From Elusimicrobia bacterium UBA5214 (GTDB lineage: Bacteria; Elusimicrobiota; UBA5214): a stretch of DNA of 64,000 nt. The notes beneath the pieces were generated by a model. It was not told the origin of the DNA and did no database searches. It saw nothing but the letters and a program-made list of their open reading frames with translations. Below, piece by piece: positions 60,106 through 64,000 of the stretch (its first letter is position 1; each line of letters opens with the position of its first letter). Where the stretch lies: contig DHVG01000002.1 in assembly GCA_002412545.1 (NCBI GenBank), positions 130,095 through 194,094 on the forward strand, read 5' to 3'. Made by a program: the position numbers and the translations under genes.

Positions 60106-61354
60106 TAGTATTGACTACCTTACCCGTTACCTGCCAGCCAAGAAAAGGTGAATTTTTACTTTTGGAAACAAAATTTTCTACTTTCCATTTCTTGTTCAAG
60201 TCAACAATGGTAATATCGGCTGGAGAACCAGGTTTCAGTTGTCCGGAGTTGAGTTTCAAAACTTGTGCCGGATTAATCGTGACTTTGGCGATTGCTTCCA
60301 TTAACGAGATAATTTTCTTATTTACTAATTCAGTAACCACCAAGGAAAGTAAAGTTTCCAAACCGATAATCCCAAACGGTGCTAAATCGTATTCTTTATT
60401 TTTTTCTTCTTCAGTATGTGGTGCATGGTCAGTAGCGATACAGTCAATTGTTCCGTCTGTTAATCCCTTTTTGATTGCTTCCACATCTTCTTTCGTTCTT
60501 AAAGGAGGATTAACTTTTGTATTTGTGTCAAATTGAGAAACTTTCTCTTCAGTAAGAGTGAAATATTGTGGTGCAGTTTCACAGGTAACCCGGATACCTC
60601 GTTTTTTTGCTTGCCGGATTAGTTCTACCGAGCCAGCAGTAGAAATATGAGCAATATGCAAATGCCCACTGGTAAGTTCAGCTAAGATTATATCCCTTGC
60701 TACCATTGCTTCTTCGGCTTCTTTTGGTATCCCGTGGAGACCTAAAATTGTAGAATAGTATCCTTCATTCATTGCTCCATCTTTAGATAAATTTTTGTCT
60801 TCACAATGGGAAATTACTGGCAAGTCAAACATTTTTGCATATTCTAATGCCCGACGCATAATCAGACTATTCATTACTGTTTCACCGTCATCAGAAATTG
60901 CTACGATGCCGGCTTTTTTCAATTCACCAATTTCGGATAATTCTTCACCTAACGAACCTTTAGTGATTGCACCAATTGGTAAAACATTGACCACACCTTC
61001 ATTTTTTGCTTTGAGCAGAATAAATTCAACCGTGGTTTGGTCGTCAATTACTGGATGAGTATTTGGCATACAACAGACGGTAGTAATACCACCTTTTGCT
61101 GCTGCCCGTGTCCCAGTAGCAATCGTCTCTTCTTCTTCATGTCCGGGTTCACGCAAATGGGTATGCATATCAATAAGTCCGGGAATAACAATTTTACCTT
61201 TAGCATCAATGACTTTTATGGCTGATGGCTGTTGGCTGATGGCTGATGGCTTACCGATAGAAACAATTTTGCTATCTTCAACTAAAATATCGGTGATTCT
61301 GTTCGTTTTACTTGCCGGGTCAATTACTCTACCACTTTTAACGAGCAACTTCAT
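60074..61354 (-). CDS. pyrC: dihydroorotase
   Basis: DMHTHLREPG, MPNT, KVNPPLR, ATDHAPH. Confidence 0.96.
   Translation of the reverse strand: MKLLVKSGRVIDPASKTNRITDILVEDSKIVSIGKPSAISQQPSAIKVIDAKGKIVIPGLIDMHTHLREPGHEEEETIATGTRAAAKGGITTVCCMPNTHPVIDDQTTVEFILLKAKNEGVVNVLPIGAITKGSLGEELSEIGELKKAGIVAISDDGETVMNSLIMRRALEYAKMFDLPVISHCEDKNLSKDGAMNEGYYSTILGLHGIPKEAEEAMVARDIILAELTSGHLHIAHISTAGSVELIRQAKKRGIRVTCETAPQYFTLTEEKVSQFDTNTKVNPPLRTKEDVEAIKKGLTDGTIDCIATDHAPHTEEEKNKEYDLAPFGIIGLETLLSLVVTELVNKKIISLMEAIAKVTINPAQVLKLNSGQLKPGSPADITIVDLNKKWKVENFVSKSKNSPFLGWQVTGKVVNTIVNGKIVYSE
61218..61252 (-). repeat. in-frame 7-mer array (ATGGCTG x5, + strand) in pyrC
   Basis: Encodes KPSAISQQPSAI. Confidence 0.9.
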
Positions 61355-62292
61355 TAACCACCTCCGCCTAAAAGATACAGCACTGCCATCCGAATCGCAA
61401 TACCGTTAGTTACCTGTTCTTGAATTACTGAAGATGGACCGTCAGCAACTTCCGATGAAATTTCTATTCCTCGGTTCAATGGTCCGGGATGCATTACTAA
61501 GACATCCTCTTTTGCCGCAGCCAGCCGTTCTTTAGTTATTCCGTAGAGTAAAGTATATTCGTGCAAGGAAGGGAAAAAGTAACTCTGTTGTTGTCGTTCA
61601 AGTTGCACCCGTAAGATATTAATTACATCCGCTCCGGGTAAAGCATCTTCAAGACGGTAATATATCTTTACACCTATTTTTTCTATTCCTTGTGGGATTA
61701 AGGTTGCTGGACCGACCACACATACTTCGGCACCGAGTTTAGTTAAACCCCAGATATTAGATTTTGCTACCCGACTGTGTAAAATATCACCAACAATTAC
61801 TACTTTTAAACCTTTGAGGTGATTACCTCTAATCCTTTTCTTCTTTTCTCTAATCGTGAAAATATCCAGTAATCCTTGGGTTGGGTGTTCATGTAAACCG
61901 TCACCCGCATTGATTACCGAAGCAGTAATATTCCTTGCCAAGACATTTGGTGCGCCGGACATCCCGTGACGGATAATCACAAAATCTGATTTCATCGCTT
62001 CTAAGGTTTTGCCGGTATCAATTAGACCTTCGCCTTTGACTACACTGCTTGCCGAAACGGTAATATTGATTACATCCGCACTCAACCTTTTTGCGGCAAG
62101 TTCAAAAGAAGTACGGGTGCGGGTAGAAGCTTCATAGAAGAGTAAAACCACAGTCTTACCCCGTAAGGTAGGAACTTTTTTTACTGAACGAGTAAATAAA
62201 TCTTTAAACGGGCTTGCCGTGTCTAAAATATGTTCAATTTCTTCTTTGGTAAGATATTCTAAACCTAAGAGGTCTTTGCTTTTAAGTGGCAA
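61354..62292 (-). CDS. pyrB: aspartate carbamoyltransferase catalytic subunit
   Basis: [36 protein letters not shown]. Confidence 0.97.
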   Translation of the reverse strand: MPLKSKDLLGLEYLTKEEIEHILDTASPFKDLFTRSVKKVPTLRGKTVVLLFYEASTRTRTSFELAAKRLSADVINITVSASSVVKGEGLIDTGKTLEAMKSDFVIIRHGMSGAPNVLARNITASVINAGDGLHEHPTQGLLDIFTIREKKKRIRGNHLKGLKVVIVGDILHSRVAKSNIWGLTKLGAEVCVVGPATLIPQGIEKIGVKIYYRLEDALPGADVINILRVQLERQQQSYFFPSLHEYTLLYGITKERLAAAKEDVLVMHPGPLNRGIEISSEVADGPSSVIQEQVTNGIAIRMAVLYLLGGGG

Positions 62293-62295
62293 CTT

Positions 62296-62835
62296 TTATT
62301 TCTCCCAAAGACTTACCTCATCTTTACTATCAACTTCTTTAAGTTCAACTTTGACCATTTCTTTTAAACTGGTAGAAATTTTTTTACCAATATAGTCCGC
62401 CTGAATTGGTAATTCACGATTTCCCCGGTCAATCAAGACCGCTAATTTTATTCCTTGCGGACGACCAAAATCAATTAAAGCATCTAAAGCCGAACGAATT
62501 GTCCGCCCGGTAAAAAGGACATCATCAATCAGAATAATTACTTTCTCATCTATACCGAAAGGCAATTTTGTCTCCTTCACAATCGGTTGACTGGCAACCA
62601 GACTTAAATCATCACGGTAAAGAGTAATATCAAGTATTCCCAAGGACAGATTTTTTGCACCGAGTTTTTCTAACTCTTTGGCTAAACGTTCGGCTAAAGG
62701 CACCCCACGGCAACGTATTCCGATTAAAGCAACTTTTTCTAAATTTTCTTTTTTCGCAATTTCCTGGGCAAGAGTGTTCAAAGTTTTACCAATTTCTTTA
62801 GCGGTCATTAAAACTTTCTTTTTCTTAAATTCCAT
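62296..62835 (-). CDS. pyrR: pyrimidine regulatory protein / UPRT
   Basis: LDITLYRDD, DDVLFTGRT, DRG.RELPI. Confidence 0.95.
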   Translation of the reverse strand: MEFKKKKVLMTAKEIGKTLNTLAQEIAKKENLEKVALIGIRCRGVPLAERLAKELEKLGAKNLSLGILDITLYRDDLSLVASQPIVKETKLPFGIDEKVIILIDDVLFTGRTIRSALDALIDFGRPQGIKLAVLIDRGNRELPIQADYIGKKISTSLKEMVKVELKEVDSKDEVSLWEK

Positions 62836-62843
62836 TTCTACTC

Positions 62844-63350
62844 CTACTTTCGCAGCGATTCTTTAACCTTTTTTGCTTTTGCGATTACTTCAACAGTCAA
62901 CTTTTCCCGATATTTTAGCAAATTTTTTCTTATTTGTGGATACTTTAAAGAAAGAATTTCTGCCGCATAAATTGCGGCATTTTTTGCTCCCGCTTCACCA
63001 ATTGCCATTGTTCCGACCGGTATACCCGAAGGCATTTGCACAATTGAATAGAGTGAATCTTTCCCTTGAAGATATTTTGTTTCCATGGGAACACCAATTA
63101 CTGGCAACACGGTTTCTGCCGCAATTACTCCCGGTAAATGGGCAGCACCACCAGCACAGGCAATAATCACTTCAATTCCTTTCTTTTCTGCCTGGTGGAT
63201 ATAATTCCGGGTGCGTTTCGGTGTTCGATGTGCGGAAGAGATAGTCAACTCGTAAGGAATATTTAACTCTTCCAAAATTTTACATCCTGATTTTACAGTT
63301 GGTAAGTCCGAATCACTACCAAGAACAATCCCCACTAATACTTTTTTCAC
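62844..63350 (-). CDS. purE: N5-CAIR mutase
   Basis: GSDSD, SAHRTP, AG.AAHLPG, SIVQMP.GIPV. Confidence 0.97.
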   Translation of the reverse strand: MKKVLVGIVLGSDSDLPTVKSGCKILEELNIPYELTISSAHRTPKRTRNYIHQAEKKGIEVIIACAGGAAHLPGVIAAETVLPVIGVPMETKYLQGKDSLYSIVQMPSGIPVGTMAIGEAGAKNAAIYAAEILSLKYPQIRKNLLKYREKLTVEVIAKAKKVKESLRK

Positions 63351-63395
63351 TCTCCATCTCTCCTTACTTTCCTAACTTTCTAACTCTTTAACTAT

Positions 63396-63998
63396 CTAAC
63401 TCCCTAACTTCCTAACTGCTTTTATCCCGATATCTCTTCGGTAATGCATCTTCTCAAATTTTATTTTTTCTACCGCGCTATATGTATTCTTTATCGCTTT
63501 TTCTATATTTTCACCTAAACCAGTTACACCGAGCACTCTCCCGCCATTGGTCACTAAAGTTGACCGTTCACCGTTCACCGTTAACCGTTTAGTGCCAGCA
63601 TGGAAAACAGTTATATTTTGCATTTTTTTCGTTTCTTCAAGACCAAATATTTCTTTACCTTTTTCGTAATCACCCGGATAGCCACCAGAAGCGAGGACGA
63701 CACAAACTGACGAACAAGCAGACTGGTGATTAGTGGTTAGTGATTGGTAATCGGACAAATTTTTGTCAATTGTGGCTAAACAGAGGTCAACTAAATCTTC
63801 ATTAAGCAAAGGTAAAGTTACCTGTGCTTCCGGGTCACCGAAACGACAATTGAACTCTAAAACTTTTGGTCCTTCTTCAGTAATCATTAAACCAAAATAG
63901 ATTATCCCCCGATAGTCCAGTTTTTCTGCATTTATCCCTTTTATAAAGTTAGCAAATATTTCTTTATCTATTTTTTTTCTAATTTTTTCGTTAATAAT
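63396..63998 (-). CDS. purD: phosphoribosylamine--glycine ligase, 3' part (truncated by window edge)
   Basis: Y.GLM, EFNCRFGDPE, ASGGYPG, FHAGT, TNGGRVL, YRRDIG; frame open to the window end. Confidence 0.95.
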   Translation of the reverse strand: MINEKIRKKIDKEIFANFIKGINAEKLDYRGIIYFGLMITEEGPKVLEFNCRFGDPEAQVTLPLLNEDLVDLCLATIDKNLSDYQSLTTNHQSACSSVCVVLASGGYPGDYEKGKEIFGLEETKKMQNITVFHAGTKRLTVNGERSTLVTNGGRVLGVTGLGENIEKAIKNTYSAVEKIKFEKMHYRRDIGIKAVRKLGS

Positions 63999-64000
63999 CG

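Overview
AT-rich bacterial chromosomal segment. A PorV-like gene with a C-terminal sorting-domain protein in a non-Bacteroidota-looking context is compatible with an Elusimicrobiota-like lineage, but this is a weak inference. Most of the window is housekeeping. On the + strand: split fumarate hydratase, coaX, an acyl-CoA dehydratase activase, CIRCE-groES-groEL, yggS, a radical SAM, proC, and a c-di-GMP-I riboswitch before pilT. On the - strand: purD/E, pyrR/B/C/K/D/F/E, larA, purM, purN-like, a ten-gene two-component/PilB cluster, mfd, surA, pdxA, proA, nadD, LCP, rsfS and argS. Accessory parts are a heme/redox block, a restriction-modification island and a few orphan genes. The most striking signal is not a gene. 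At least 18 short tandem arrays of 7- or 8-nt units, almost all with different unit sequences, and about 9 GC-rich REP-like hairpins sit inside intact, in-frame housekeeping ORFs. The hairpins are often nested inside each other and inside the arrays. Sites include the catalytic loop of PyrD, the signal peptide of SurA and the P2 stem of the riboswitch. Related 7/8/9-nt and 21-nt-period arrays occupy intergenic spaces as head-to-head inverted pairs. No enzyme that could make these elements is recognisable in the window. All calls were made by eye; no database search was run.
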